Source: Nitrospinales bacterium (GTDB taxonomy: Bacteria > Nitrospinota > Nitrospinia > Nitrospinales > VA-1). From it: 64,000 bases of DNA. Location: assembly GCA_965223795.1 (NCBI GenBank), contig CBDCXL010000002.1, positions 2,560,001 through 2,624,000 of the forward strand, written 5' to 3'. The notes beneath the pieces are model-generated. The model did no database searches and was not told the origin of the DNA. It worked only from the letters and a program-made list of their open reading frames with translations. This document shows positions 29,785-39,360 of this stretch, in pieces. A program made the translations under genes and the position numbers. Each line of letters starts with the position of its first letter. Position 1 is the first letter of the stretch.

Positions 29785-30681
29785 ATGAGAAAATCCGAAA
29801 TCCACATGCATTCCACCTATTCCGACGGCGAATACACGCCTCCGGAACTGGTGCGCATCGGCGTGGAGAACGGGGTGTCCATCCTGTCCCTCACCGACCA
29901 CGACACGTTCGAGGGGATCGCGGAATTCCTCGACGCCGCTAAAGACACCGGCATCCACGCGTTTCCGGGAATCGAGATCACCACCCGGTACCGCGACCGC
30001 AACCTGCACCTTTTAGGCTACTTCGAATCCCTGGAAGTGATCGACCCGGAGCTCAGGACGCAGGTTGCCGAAATGTCGGGAAAACGCGAGACGCGCATGC
30101 GGCAGATGGTGGAGAAGATCAACGGCGTGGTGCCGGAAAAATTCCAAGGGGCGATCCTGTTCGAAAACGTCCGCAAAGCGGCGGAAGGGGTGCTCGCCCG
30201 GCCGCACCTGGCGCGCGAGATGGTGCGGCTCGGCATCGTGTCCTCGACCGGCGAAGCGTTTGAAAAATACCTGGTGCAGTACAACGTCGAGCGGGAGAAC
30301 CTCGGCATCGAGACCGTCATCCGCCTCATCCGGCGCTCGGGCGGCGTGCCGGTGCTGGCGCATCCGGGAGAGCGCACCTACTCGCTGGTCAACCCGGCGA
30401 AGGGGCGCAGGTACGAGGACGTTCCGGAGCAGCTCGAAGAGTTGAAATCCTACGGCCTGCTGGGCCTCGAATGCGTGTATCCCTACCACGAGAAGATCAA
30501 CCGCGTGCGCTATTACATCGACCTCGCCGAAGAGATGGACCTCATCGTCACCGGCAGCCGCGACTTCCACGGCTTCACCACCTTTCAGCAGCCCGCTTTG
30601 CTCGGGACCACCCCGCTGGACGACGGGTTTTTCGACCGTTTTCAGGAAGTGTGGGCGCAGGCCGGCACCCTTTCCAACTGA
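29785..30681 (+). CDS. PHP-domain phosphoesterase
   Basis: HMHSTYSDG, LTDHDT, GIEI, LAHP, DFHG. Confidence 0.9.
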   Translation: MRKSEIHMHSTYSDGEYTPPELVRIGVENGVSILSLTDHDTFEGIAEFLDAAKDTGIHAFPGIEITTRYRDRNLHLLGYFESLEVIDPELRTQVAEMSGKRETRMRQMVEKINGVVPEKFQGAILFENVRKAAEGVLARPHLAREMVRLGIVSSTGEAFEKYLVQYNVERENLGIETVIRLIRRSGGVPVLAHPGERTYSLVNPAKGRRYEDVPEQLEELKSYGLLGLECVYPYHEKINRVRYYIDLAEEMDLIVTGSRDFHGFTTFQQPALLGTTPLDDGFFDRFQEVWAQAGTLSN

Positions 30682-30750
30682 AGCGGGCAGCCAATACAGC
30701 TACAAACCGCCACCTTGAGTTCTTCTTTCTCCTAATTAAGGTAAATAAAA

Positions 30751-30891
30751 AAAATCCCTCAAGCCACCTTCTTTAGTTTTTTGAAAAGCGAGTGCCAAGC
30801 TATGCTTGGCCTCTCCTGGAAGAGAGGGTGGGGTGAGGGGGATGAAGAAATCACCAATCCTTTTTTCATGCTTCGACAGGCTCAGCATGAC
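30751..30891. repeat. Composite repeat cluster: family C hairpin interrupted by element E, plus family D
   Basis: CCCT[E 30760-30810]CTCTCCTGGAAGAGAGGGTGGGGTGAGGGGG, then TCATGCTTCGACAGGCTCAGCATGAC at 30866-30891. Confidence 0.85.
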
Positions 30892-30921
30892 AGGGAACCC
30901 GCATTTTGCCTTGCCGTTGCC

Positions 30922-31578
30922 TCAAGGCGTGGCGCGAAACAGCCTGAACATGCGCAGCGCTTCTTTTTTGTTGCCCTCCACGCGCACCGCGCCGGAAGCG
31001 ATGGCGTCGCGCGGGTCGAGCTGGCCCATACCGAGTCGGGAGAGCACCGCGCCGTAGGTGGCGAGCCGCGCCACCGGGTCGGACGCCGGGCCCAGATCGA
31101 TGTCGAGCCTGCCGTCGTCCACGCGGATGGCGAACAGGGTTCCGTCCACTTTCAATTCATAATCCGCTTTCACGCCCTTTGCCTTGTCCGGCAGAAACGC
31201 CGCCTTCATCGCGACCAGATCCCAGTGCGGCCTGGAAATCTCTTTGGGTTTTTTCAGGCCGAGAAACCGGAACCCCCATTTCACCAGTTCCAGAACGGCG
31301 GGCTCCAGCGTCTGGCCCAGAGCCGAGAGCCGGTACACCGTCGCGCCCGCGGGCGGCGGCAGGTCGCCTTTCAGGATCACGCCCGCGGCCTCCAGCTCCT
31401 TGAGCCTTGCCGACAACAGGTTGGTTCCCATGGACGGCAGTCCGTCGAGCAGGTCCTTGAAGCGCTTGGGCCCGGTCAGCAGTTCGCGGACCAGAAGCAG
31501 GGACCAGCGCTCGCCGATGATATCCAGAGCCCTTGCCAGCGCGCAATGCTGGTTGTAGCTGCGTTTCGCCATCGCCAT
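30922..31578 (-). CDS. HxlR-family winged-helix regulator with C-terminal SCP2-like domain
   Basis: YNQHCALARALDIIGERWSLLLVREL...GPKRF, followed by an SCP2-like tail. Confidence 0.88.
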   Translation of the reverse strand: MAMAKRSYNQHCALARALDIIGERWSLLLVRELLTGPKRFKDLLDGLPSMGTNLLSARLKELEAAGVILKGDLPPPAGATVYRLSALGQTLEPAVLELVKWGFRFLGLKKPKEISRPHWDLVAMKAAFLPDKAKGVKADYELKVDGTLFAIRVDDGRLDIDLGPASDPVARLATYGAVLSRLGMGQLDPRDAIASGAVRVEGNKKEALRMFRLFRATP

Positions 31579-31594
31579 CTCCGTTAAAAAACGC

Positions 31595-31654
31595 TTGACG
31601 CCCTTCCATTGTAGCTATATATATTTAAAATATAAACTATATATTTTTAAAGTA
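31595..31654. promoter_or_regulatory. Promoter/operator between the divergent HxlR regulator and its likely target gene
   Basis: TTGACG-N17-TATATA on the plus strand, and a direct repeat CTATATAT(A/T)TTTAAA at 31615 and 31637. Confidence 0.6.
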
Positions 31655-31668
31655 TTGGGAGGTTCGCC

Positions 31669-32088
31669 ATGCAAACGCATTCGAAGCAGGAGCGCGTCCT
31701 GCGCACCGCACTGGGCGCAAACGCTGTGTTTTCGGGATTTTCCGGGCTCGCGCTGGCGGCGGGACATCCGTACCTCGCCCACTGGATGGGGCTTTCCTGG
31801 CCGTTGGCGCTGATGGGAATCGGGCTGGGGCTCATCCTGTTCGCGGGCCACATCATTTATCTGTTGCACCGTCCGGCGATCGAGCGCGGGGCGGCGGCCT
31901 GGATCGTCGTCGGCGATCTGTCCTGGGTGGCCGCGAGCGCCGCGCTCTTGTGGATGGTTCCGCACTGGTTCAACGGCGCGGGCAGGATCGCGGTGGTGAG
32001 TGTGGCTGTGATCGTGCTGCTGTTCGCGGAGTGGCAGGCTTTCGGGATGTGGAAGCTCTACCGGAAAGAACCCGCCGCCCCTGCCTGA
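31669..32088 (+). CDS. Small four-TM membrane protein
   Basis: GGAGG RBS, LRTALGANAVFS, four hydrophobic segments, divergent from the HxlR regulator. Confidence 0.8.
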   Translation: MQTHSKQERVLRTALGANAVFSGFSGLALAAGHPYLAHWMGLSWPLALMGIGLGLILFAGHIIYLLHRPAIERGAAAWIVVGDLSWVAASAALLWMVPHWFNGAGRIAVVSVAVIVLLFAEWQAFGMWKLYRKEPAAPA

Positions 32089-32214
32089 TAAATACCGGCG
32101 TGGCGGTTCCTAATTCCGGAGTCACACGGAATTGTGACGCGATCGATTTTTATTTGCGGGCGGCAATGGTTAGCTGCGTGGACATCTTAAAACACGTTGC
32201 CCTGAGGAGCCGCG

Positions 32215-32496
32215 ATGATACGAAAACTCATATTCCCTGTTCTATTGATGCTGTTTTTTTCCCAGACCGTTGTGGCTGAAGCCATTCAGCTGCCGGGGAT
32301 CGATGCCGGCAAGGAGACGAAAAAGCTCAAAGCCGGCGACGCCGAGATCGATATCAATAAAAAAGGCAAGCTGCTGAAAGCCGGAGACGGCGTGAAGATC
32401 AAAACCAAGAAAGGCAAAAACAAGGAGTGCAAGCGTCTGAAAGCCGGCAAGGCCAAGGTGAAGCAGGGCAAAATCAAAGACGGCAAGTGCAAATAG
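32215..32496 (+). CDS. Small Lys-rich secreted hypothetical protein
   Basis: GAGGAG RBS, signal peptide, LKAG repeated three times. Confidence 0.7.
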   Translation: MIRKLIFPVLLMLFFSQTVVAEAIQLPGIDAGKETKKLKAGDAEIDINKKGKLLKAGDGVKIKTKKGKNKECKRLKAGKAKVKQGKIKDGKCK

Positions 32497-32527
32497 TCCG
32501 GAACCTCATCAATAAGGAGCGCGTTTT

Positions 32528-33214
32528 ATGTTTAAAAAAATCATTTATCCGGCTCTGCTGGTGGTCGTCTTTTCGCACAACGCCTCGGCAGACAGCGGGC
32601 AGGCGCCGGGCGTCCACATCGACGATGAAGGCATCCGGGCTCCCGGCGTTTCCATCAGCAAAGAAGGCGGCATCCAGGCTCCCGGTGTGTCCATCAGTAA
32701 AGAAGGCGGGATTCAGGCGCCGGGCGTGACCATCAGCAAAGACGGAGGCATCGAGGCTCCCGGCGTCAGCATCGGCAAAGGCCGGAGCGAGACGCGCAAT
32801 CACACACGCTCCGGTGAGCGCAAATCGCGTTCCGAGCGCAGCCGCCATTCGAAACGGAGCAGCAGTCACAAGATCGCCAACGAGGACTTCGAGTACCTGG
32901 ACATGCGCGGCCACGATTTTTCCGGGTACACGCTGGTCAATGTGGATTTCACCAGCACCGATCTGGCGGGCGCGAACTTCAACGGAGCCACGCTCAAGAA
33001 CGTCGATTTCGAATACACCAACCTCGCGGGCGCCTGCTTTCTCGACGCCAAAGTGACCAACGCCGACTTCGTCAGCACCAACCTGACCGGCGCGGTGTGG
33101 ATCGGTGTGGATGAAACCAACACCGACTACGAGGACAGCAACCGCTTCGACATGATCCGCGACGGCGCTCCCTCCTGCGGCGAGCATTTCGATTCGGCCC
33201 GCAGCCACAGGTAA
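32528..33214 (+). CDS. Secreted pentapeptide-repeat protein with N-terminal 13-aa tandem repeats
   Basis: AAGGAG RBS, APGVxI units repeated five times, pentapeptide repeats (ANFNG/ATLKN/VDFEY/TNLAG). Confidence 0.85.
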   Translation: MFKKIIYPALLVVVFSHNASADSGQAPGVHIDDEGIRAPGVSISKEGGIQAPGVSISKEGGIQAPGVTISKDGGIEAPGVSIGKGRSETRNHTRSGERKSRSERSRHSKRSSSHKIANEDFEYLDMRGHDFSGYTLVNVDFTSTDLAGANFNGATLKNVDFEYTNLAGACFLDAKVTNADFVSTNLTGAVWIGVDETNTDYEDSNRFDMIRDGAPSCGEHFDSARSHR

Positions 33215-33223
33215 AAAAACAAG

Positions 33224-33258
33224 AAAAAACCCACTCCCGTCTGGGAGTGGGTTTTTTT
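33224..33258. terminator. Bidirectional intrinsic terminator
   Basis: AAAAAACCCACTCCC-gtct-GGGAGTGGGTTTTTTT between convergent genes. Confidence 0.88.
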
Positions 33259-33327
33259 ATTGGGTTCGCTTCATAGATTCATCCCGCGTGAGGGAGAAAC
33301 AATGGAAGCGAGCGTCCTGTTTTCCGT

Positions 33328-33609
33328 TCAATCGGTGCGGCTGGTGATCTCGATCAGGTGGAAGCCGAACTGGGTTTTCACCGGACCGTGCACCTGGCCG
33401 ACCGCCTCGCTGAACACCACCTTGTCGAACTCCGGCACCATCTGGCCGGGGTGAAACTCGCCGAGCGCGCCGCCGTCCTTGCCCGAGGGGCACTGGCTGT
33501 GCTGCTTCGCCATGTCGGCGAAATCGGCGCCGCCGTCGATCTTGTTCTTCAAATCCTGACATTCCTGTTCCGACCCGACGAGGATGTGCCGGGCGCTGGC
33601 TGTGGCCAT
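33328..33609 (-). CDS. ppiC: Parvulin-type peptidyl-prolyl isomerase
   Basis: ASARHILV, HSQCPSG, GPVKTQFGFHLI. Confidence 0.93.
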   Translation of the reverse strand: MATASARHILVGSEQECQDLKNKIDGGADFADMAKQHSQCPSGKDGGALGEFHPGQMVPEFDKVVFSEAVGQVHGPVKTQFGFHLIEITSRTD

Positions 33610-33712
33610 GGAAATTTCCTTTCCTTAAGTGGCAACGTTAAATGTTTAGCCCGAAGAGACATCTACTAAGAGCGGATAACGCTGGCATTAAAATGCAATG
33701 AGTTATCCCGCC

Positions 33713-33741
33713 ACTGTACGCGCCGTTGGAAGGGGTGTCAA
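33713..33741 (-). promoter_or_regulatory. Putative sigma-70 promoter for ppiC
   Basis: Minus strand TTGACA-N17-TACAGT. Confidence 0.6.
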
Positions 33742-33918
33742 GTTCGGGAACATGTTGAAGTAAAGCGGGAGACACGATAACAGGATGGAATGAATGTCTC
33801 ATGGATGGGGTGATTGAATCCGTTCTTATCTTGGAGAAAAACGGTTGGAAATCTGGAAGACCAGAATTTACCCAGCCATACAACCTGAGAATGCAACCGG
33901 AATTAAATATCAGGCAAC

Positions 33919-33947
33919 TTGCCTTATGGTAACATATATGATACTAT
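33919..33947 (+). promoter_or_regulatory. Toxin-antitoxin operon promoter with overlapping palindromic operator
   Basis: TTGCCT-N17-TACTAT, with near-palindrome GTAACATATATGATAC (33929-33944). Confidence 0.55.
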
Positions 33948-33948
33948 T

Positions 33949-34275
33949 GTGATTGAGGTAAAAGAATACCTTCGTGACGATGGACACAGCCCTTTTGCCG
34001 ATTGGTTTGACAGGCTGGATGTTCACGCCGCTTTGAAAGTAAATACTTATCTCACTAGGATAGGCAACGGGAATCTATCCAGCGTGAAAAGTGTGGGAGG
34101 CGGTGTGCATGAATGGGTGATCGACTGGGGGCCGGGGTACCGCGTCTATCTGGGTAAAGACGGTGAAAGGTTGATCATCTTATTGGGTGGCGGTACGAAG
34201 AAACGTCAGCAAAAAGACATCGATCACGCGAAAGAACTTTGGCAAGAATACAAGAAGCGGAAGAAGGAACCCTGA
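33949..34275 (+). CDS. RelE/HigB-like addiction module toxin
   Basis: SPFADWF, GNLSSVKSVGGGVHE, GPGYRVY, LLGGGTKKRQQKDI. Confidence 0.9.
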   Translation: MIEVKEYLRDDGHSPFADWFDRLDVHAALKVNTYLTRIGNGNLSSVKSVGGGVHEWVIDWGPGYRVYLGKDGERLIILLGGGTKKRQQKDIDHAKELWQEYKKRKKEP

Positions 34276-34277
34276 CC

Positions 34278-34595
34278 ATGGCGATCACACGCGACTTCAA
34301 GGAAACCGTTCAGGCTCGCGCGCTGCGCGATCCTGAGTTTCGTGCCGGCCTGCTTAAGGAAAGCATCGAAACCATGCTGGCAGGGGACACGGAAACCGGA
34401 AAAATGATTTTGCGCGACTACATCAATGCGACTCTTGGATTTGAAAAACTGGCCGCGGCGACGCAAAAATCTCCCAAGAGCCTCATGCGCATGTTCAGCC
34501 CCAGCGGCAATCCCACCGCGAAAAACCTGTTCCGCATCATCCACACCCTGCAGAAAAAAGAAGGCGTGCAACTGGAAGTGCAGGCATTCCGGTAA
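34278..34595 (+). CDS. HTH antitoxin (addiction module antidote)
   Basis: MAITRDFKETVQAR, KSLMRMFSPSGNPTAKNL, immediately after the toxin. Confidence 0.88.
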   Translation: MAITRDFKETVQARALRDPEFRAGLLKESIETMLAGDTETGKMILRDYINATLGFEKLAAATQKSPKSLMRMFSPSGNPTAKNLFRIIHTLQKKEGVQLEVQAFR

Positions 34596-34638
34596 GACAG
34601 AATCAAGCTTCCGATACGTGCGTTGTTTTTCAAATCAA

Positions 34639-34820
34639 CTTCGACAAATTCAGAAATTCACATGAACGTCATGCTGAGATTGTCGAAGCATGAGCCTCGC
34701 GCAAAGCCGCCAAGCCACCTTCAGAATTCTGGCAAGCGGGTGCCAAGCTATGCTTGGCCAAGACGCAAAGAAAAACTAAATCCCTCTCCCCTGGAGGGAG
34801 AGGGTGGGGTGAGGGGGATA
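34639..34820. repeat. Composite repeat cluster: families D, B (interrupted by element E) and C
   Basis: GTCATGCTGAGATTGTCGAAGCATGA at 34668, then GCCTCGCGCAAAGCCGC[E 34711-34758]CAAGACGCAAAG, then CCCTCTCCCCTGGAGGGAGAGGGTGGGGTGAGGGGG. Confidence 0.87.
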
Positions 34821-34856
34821 AGTATAGAGTGTACGATTCCGGATGAAAAAAAATTT

Positions 34857-36050
34857 TTAATTTAAAATTGCTTCTATTCTCTCTGGTAAATTTTCCAAGT
34901 CATCAACAATGTAAGTGTTAAATGATTCTTCATATTTTCTAATAATACTGGCGATGAATTTATCAGTTCTAAAAATATTTGAATATGGAGCATATAAAAT
35001 ATGATACGCATCCCCTGAATCGGAGATTTTTACTTTTCTGTCAGTTAACGCATGGTTTTTAATGTAAGCATATATAAACATGTAATAAGCTTGAATAGAT
35101 GGTGTGGACTCAAAACCCTCTACATTGCACAATTTTAGGCAATCCTGTATTTCAACTCCATTTCTTTTAAAAAGATTTTTATTATTTTCTTTCATTTCGG
35201 TATGAAAAATTTTTTCGGCTAATTTGGGATTAATTGATTTATATTCCGAAGGCACGTTTTTCTTTAGAAAATTCTTACTTTCCATTCCAATTAAATTATC
35301 TATGATTTCTCGAAATGAGTTAATACCGTTTTCTAATTGTTTGCCCAATCTTTTAATTTCAATTGATAGGCTATTTCCGTATTTTTCTACACGAGGATCA
35401 TTAGGTAGAAATATATTCGTTGGTCGAGACAATTCTTTTATCGTTTCTTCGATTATCCTTTTTTGTAGGATTTCACCGTTTAAATAGCGGCGAATTACTA
35501 ATTTAAATATTGGGTTTATTGCTAAATCTGATTTAATTGCTTGTGCCCATATTTCTTTAGTGCCATTTTTCTTTATTTTTGCGAAACAGGCACGCCGATC
35601 ATGTCTGTTTAAAGCGGTATCGCTTTTTAATTGGCTTTTTACCATTCTTAATAATCTATTTATTCCCAGCAATTCATCCTTCACATTGGGATACCATTTT
35701 CCCTCATCAGACTTGTGGTAACCTCGAGGGATATCAAAATTTATATTTCGAATATTGTTTTGAATTGCTGATAAAATTTCAAAAACCCATATGTCCCAAA
35801 TATAAATAAATGCTTTTTCTCCACATAAATCTTCTATGACTTGTGCCCTAGCTAAATTTTCCTCTTGATATTTTGAGCTTGAGTTAAAGAGTTCTGAAAT
35901 ATGTGCAATTGAGTAACGAAATTCAATTTTTCCTTCTTCTTTTTTAGATAGTAGGTATTCGAATATTTCCTTATTTCGACTTTTTCCAGTACCCCTTCTA
36001 ACATCAGCGAATCTAGAAAAATCACTAGTGTCGAGATATACCGTTTTCAT
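34857..36050 (-). CDS. AT-rich hypothetical protein with PIN-like nuclease motifs
   Basis: 397-aa ORF with N-terminal VYLDTS, HISE, and C-terminal SDSGDAYH...RTD. GC is far below the flanks. Confidence 0.7.
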   Translation of the reverse strand: MKTVYLDTSDFSRFADVRRGTGKSRNKEIFEYLLSKKEEGKIEFRYSIAHISELFNSSSKYQEENLARAQVIEDLCGEKAFIYIWDIWVFEILSAIQNNIRNINFDIPRGYHKSDEGKWYPNVKDELLGINRLLRMVKSQLKSDTALNRHDRRACFAKIKKNGTKEIWAQAIKSDLAINPIFKLVIRRYLNGEILQKRIIEETIKELSRPTNIFLPNDPRVEKYGNSLSIEIKRLGKQLENGINSFREIIDNLIGMESKNFLKKNVPSEYKSINPKLAEKIFHTEMKENNKNLFKRNGVEIQDCLKLCNVEGFESTPSIQAYYMFIYAYIKNHALTDRKVKISDSGDAYHILYAPYSNIFRTDKFIASIIRKYEESFNTYIVDDLENLPERIEAILN

Positions 36051-36133
36051 TGTCTGCGATTCAAAGGAAATGAATGTTGAAATTCTTCATACCTTCTGAC
36101 AAAAGAAATTGAAAATTTTTTTTTCTGTTTTTG

Positions 36134-37144
36134 CTAAAACATACTCTCCTGGCCGCTTGACTCGGGGGGCAGGAGGCCGAAGTGGCGGTAGGCGAGGGGG
36201 GTGGCGACGCGGCCGCGCGGAGTGCGGTGGATGAAGCCGCTTTGCATGAGGTAGGGTTCGAGTACGTCCTCGATGGTGTCCTTCTCTTCGCTGATGGACG
36301 CGGCCAGGCTCTCGATGCCCACCGGCCCGCCGGCGAATTTTTCGATCAGCGTCCGCAGCAGCTTGTGGTCCATCTTGTCGAGCCCGCGGTCGTCCACTTC
36401 CATCATCTCCAGCGATCGCTTCGCCACCTCGCGCACGATGATTCCGTCCGCCTTCACCTGCGCGTAGTCGCGCACGCGCCTGAGCAGCCGGTTGGCGATG
36501 CGCGGGGTGCCGCGCGAGCGGCGGGCGATCTCGTTGGCGCCGTCCGCGGTGGTCTCGACTTCCAGAATGGAGGCGGAGCGGCTGACGATGGTCTCCAGTT
36601 CCTTCTCGCTGTAGTAGTCCAGCCGGTGCACCACACCGAAGCGGTCGCGCAAGGGCGAGGTCAGAAGCCCGGCGCGCGTGGTCGCTCCGATCAGCGTGAA
36701 GGGCGGGAGATCGAGCTTGATGGAACGGGCGCTCGGCCCCTGGCCGATGAGGATGTCGAGCTTGTAGTCCTCCATCGCCGAGTACAGCACTTCCTCGATG
36801 GCGTTGGAGAGGCGGTGGATCTCGTCGATGAACAGGATGTCGCCCACTTTCAGGTTGGTGAGCAGCGCCGCCAGGTCGCCGGACTTTTCGATCACCGGAC
36901 CCGACGTGCTCTTGAGGTTCGCGCCCATCTCCTGCGCGATGATGTTGGCGAGCGTGGTCTTGCCCAGCCCCGGCGGGCCGTAGAACAGGGCGTGGTCCAG
37001 CGCCTCGCCGCGCAGCTTGGCGGCGGAGATGAAGATCTCCAGGTTGCTCTTCACCTTCTCCTGGCCGACGTAGTCGCCGAAGTTCACCGGGCGCAGCTTC
37101 GAGTCGAACTGGACGTCTTCCTGGTCGAGGGTGGGGTCCATCAT
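36134..37144 (-). CDS. ruvB: Holliday junction branch migration ATPase RuvB
   Basis: [30 protein letters not shown]. Confidence 0.98.
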   Translation of the reverse strand: MMDPTLDQEDVQFDSKLRPVNFGDYVGQEKVKSNLEIFISAAKLRGEALDHALFYGPPGLGKTTLANIIAQEMGANLKSTSGPVIEKSGDLAALLTNLKVGDILFIDEIHRLSNAIEEVLYSAMEDYKLDILIGQGPSARSIKLDLPPFTLIGATTRAGLLTSPLRDRFGVVHRLDYYSEKELETIVSRSASILEVETTADGANEIARRSRGTPRIANRLLRRVRDYAQVKADGIIVREVAKRSLEMMEVDDRGLDKMDHKLLRTLIEKFAGGPVGIESLAASISEEKDTIEDVLEPYLMQSGFIHRTPRGRVATPLAYRHFGLLPPESSGQESMF

Positions 37145-37172
37145 GACGGCGGCTCCCAATGGGTTTTTATGT

Positions 37173-37769
37173 TCACGACAGCACGCTCAGGCTGTCCTTG
37201 ATCAGATCCTGCAGGCTGGATTCGCGTTCGTTCTTCTCCCAGATCGATTTGAGCGCCTTCTCCGCTTCCGGTTTTTTGTAGCCCAGGTTGATGAGCGCCG
37301 ACAATGCGTCGTCGAGCACGCCGTTGGAGGCGGTGGCCGGGGCCTGCGGGGAGAACTCCAGCGCCACGTCGGCGAGCTTGTCTTTCATTTCTAGGGCCAG
37401 CCGTTCGGCGGTTTTCTTGCCGACGCCGGGGATGGTGGCGATGCGGGCGACGTCGTGCTCCATGATGGCGGTCATCAATTCCTGCGGCGGCATGCCGGAC
37501 AGGATGGCGAGCGCCAGCTTGGGCCCCACCTTGCTGATGCCGATCAGCTTCTCGAACACCATCTGCTCCTCCAGCGTGAGGAAGCCGAACAGCTTGAGCG
37601 CGTCGTCGCGCAGATGGGTGTGCACGTTCACGGCGATGGTCTCGCCTGTCTCGGGCAGCGCGTAGAAGGTGGAGAGCGGCACGAACACCTGATAGCCCAC
37701 GCCCTGCACGTCCACCACGATGTGGACGGGGGACTTGTGTCTCAGCGTTCCGGTCAGATGCGCGATCAT
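37173..37769 (-). CDS. ruvA: Holliday junction DNA-binding protein RuvA
   Basis: [30 protein letters not shown]. Confidence 0.97.
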   Translation of the reverse strand: MIAHLTGTLRHKSPVHIVVDVQGVGYQVFVPLSTFYALPETGETIAVNVHTHLRDDALKLFGFLTLEEQMVFEKLIGISKVGPKLALAILSGMPPQELMTAIMEHDVARIATIPGVGKKTAERLALEMKDKLADVALEFSPQAPATASNGVLDDALSALINLGYKKPEAEKALKSIWEKNERESSLQDLIKDSLSVLS

Positions 37770-37800
37770 GCGTTCGGTTCCTGAATGCGCCGCGTCACGG

Positions 37801-38298
37801 TCAGCGGCCGGTGCGCAGGCGCGCGTTGTGGCTGGCCGTGTGCAGATGGCAGATGGCGATGGCGAGCGCGTCGGCGGCGTCGAAGGGCTCGGGTTTCTGC
37901 TTCAGGCCGAGCAGGGCGGTGACCATCGTCTGCACCTGGATCTTGTCGGCGCGCCCGTAGCCGACGACGGACTGCTTCACCTCCAGCGGACTGTATTCGG
38001 CGACGGCGCGGTCCTCGTTCACCGCGGCCAGCAGCGTCGCGCCGCGGGTCTGCCCCAGCTTGAGCGCGGATTTGGCGTTGCTGGCGAAGAACAGGTCCTC
38101 CACGGCGACGCAATCGGGCGCGTATTCGCGGATCACCTCCACCAGGCCGCCGTAAATGTGTTTCAGTCGTTCGGGAAACGGCTTGCGCGCGTTGTTGCGG
38201 ATGCCGCCCCAGTGGACGGCGCGCAGTTGCCCGCGGGTTTCTTCGACGATGCCGTAACCGGTGCAGTTGCTGCCGGGATCGATGCCCATCACGCGCAT
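37801..38298 (-). CDS. ruvC: Holliday junction resolvase RuvC
   Basis: MGIDPG, AVEDLF, DAADALAIAICH. Confidence 0.97.
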   Translation of the reverse strand: MRVMGIDPGSNCTGYGIVEETRGQLRAVHWGGIRNNARKPFPERLKHIYGGLVEVIREYAPDCVAVEDLFFASNAKSALKLGQTRGATLLAAVNEDRAVAEYSPLEVKQSVVGYGRADKIQVQTMVTALLGLKQKPEPFDAADALAIAICHLHTASHNARLRTGR

Positions 38299-38455
38299 AG
38301 GATTGTGTCTGAGTGCCGGGTTGTTAGAAGCGAAAGTACGAGAGAAAGGTTGTTATCAGAACAAAAAGGAGACTGCGTGCAGCGGAATCAGGATACCACG
38401 TTCGCGGAATTTTTGCGCCGGGACGGTTAAAAACTTTCGCCGGGCCGGGTGAGGG

Positions 38456-39208
38456 TCATTCCTGTTCGAGGGCGGCCAGCACTTCGTCGGGGATGTCGAA
38501 GTTGGAGTAGACTTTCTGCACGTCGTCGTGGTCGTCGAGCGCTTCCATGAGCCGCAAAAGCTGCCGGGTGTGTTTTTCCTCAATGGGGACGGTGTTCTGC
38601 GGCAGGCGCGTCAGCTCGGCGGTGTCCATATTCACGTTCTGCTCTTCCAGGGATTTGCGCACGGTCTCGAAATTTTCCATCGAGGTGGTGATCTCGTAGT
38701 GATCGTCCACGGTCTTCATGTCTTCGGCGCCCGCTTCCAGCGCCGCTTCGAACAGCTCGTCCTCGTTCTTTTCCTCTTTTTTGACGGTGATGAACCCCTT
38801 CTGCTCGAAAATCCACGCCACGCAGCCGTTTTCCCCCATGTTGCCGCCGTTTTTGCCGAGGATGGCGCGCAGCTCGCCGACGGTGCGGTTTTTGTTGTCG
38901 GTCATCACTTCCATGAAGATGGCCGCGCCGCCGGGGCCGTAGCCTTCGTAGGTTATTTCTTCGTACTGCGTGCCTTCCAGCTCGCCGGTGCCTTTCTTGA
39001 TGGCGCGGGTGATGTTGTCCTGCGGCATGTTCTGGCCCTTGGCCGCCTGCACCGCGGTCCGGAGGCGCGGGTTGCCGTCGATGTCGCCGCCGCCCAGCCG
39101 GGCCGCCACGGTGATCTCCTTGATGAGCTTGGTGAAGATCTTGCCGCGCTTGGCGTCCAGAGCGCCTTTTTTATGCTTGATACTGGCCCACTTGGAATGT
39201 CCGGACAT
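38456..39208 (-). CDS. yebC: YebC/PmpR family protein
   Basis: [31 protein letters not shown]. Confidence 0.97.
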   Translation of the reverse strand: MSGHSKWASIKHKKGALDAKRGKIFTKLIKEITVAARLGGGDIDGNPRLRTAVQAAKGQNMPQDNITRAIKKGTGELEGTQYEEITYEGYGPGGAAIFMEVMTDNKNRTVGELRAILGKNGGNMGENGCVAWIFEQKGFITVKKEEKNEDELFEAALEAGAEDMKTVDDHYEITTSMENFETVRKSLEEQNVNMDTAELTRLPQNTVPIEEKHTRQLLRLMEALDDHDDVQKVYSNFDIPDEVLAALEQE

Positions 39209-39360
39209 CGAAAAACCCTTTGTTGTTCAAGAATCTGAGGCTAATTTAGCATAGAATCGAAACACCGGCAACCGGCGGCCCGGATCCTTTCCGGGAAAGC
39301 AGGCAGGACTTGAAAGTGCTTCCCGCAGCCTCTAACATGGTGGGCGTAAACGCTTCATTT

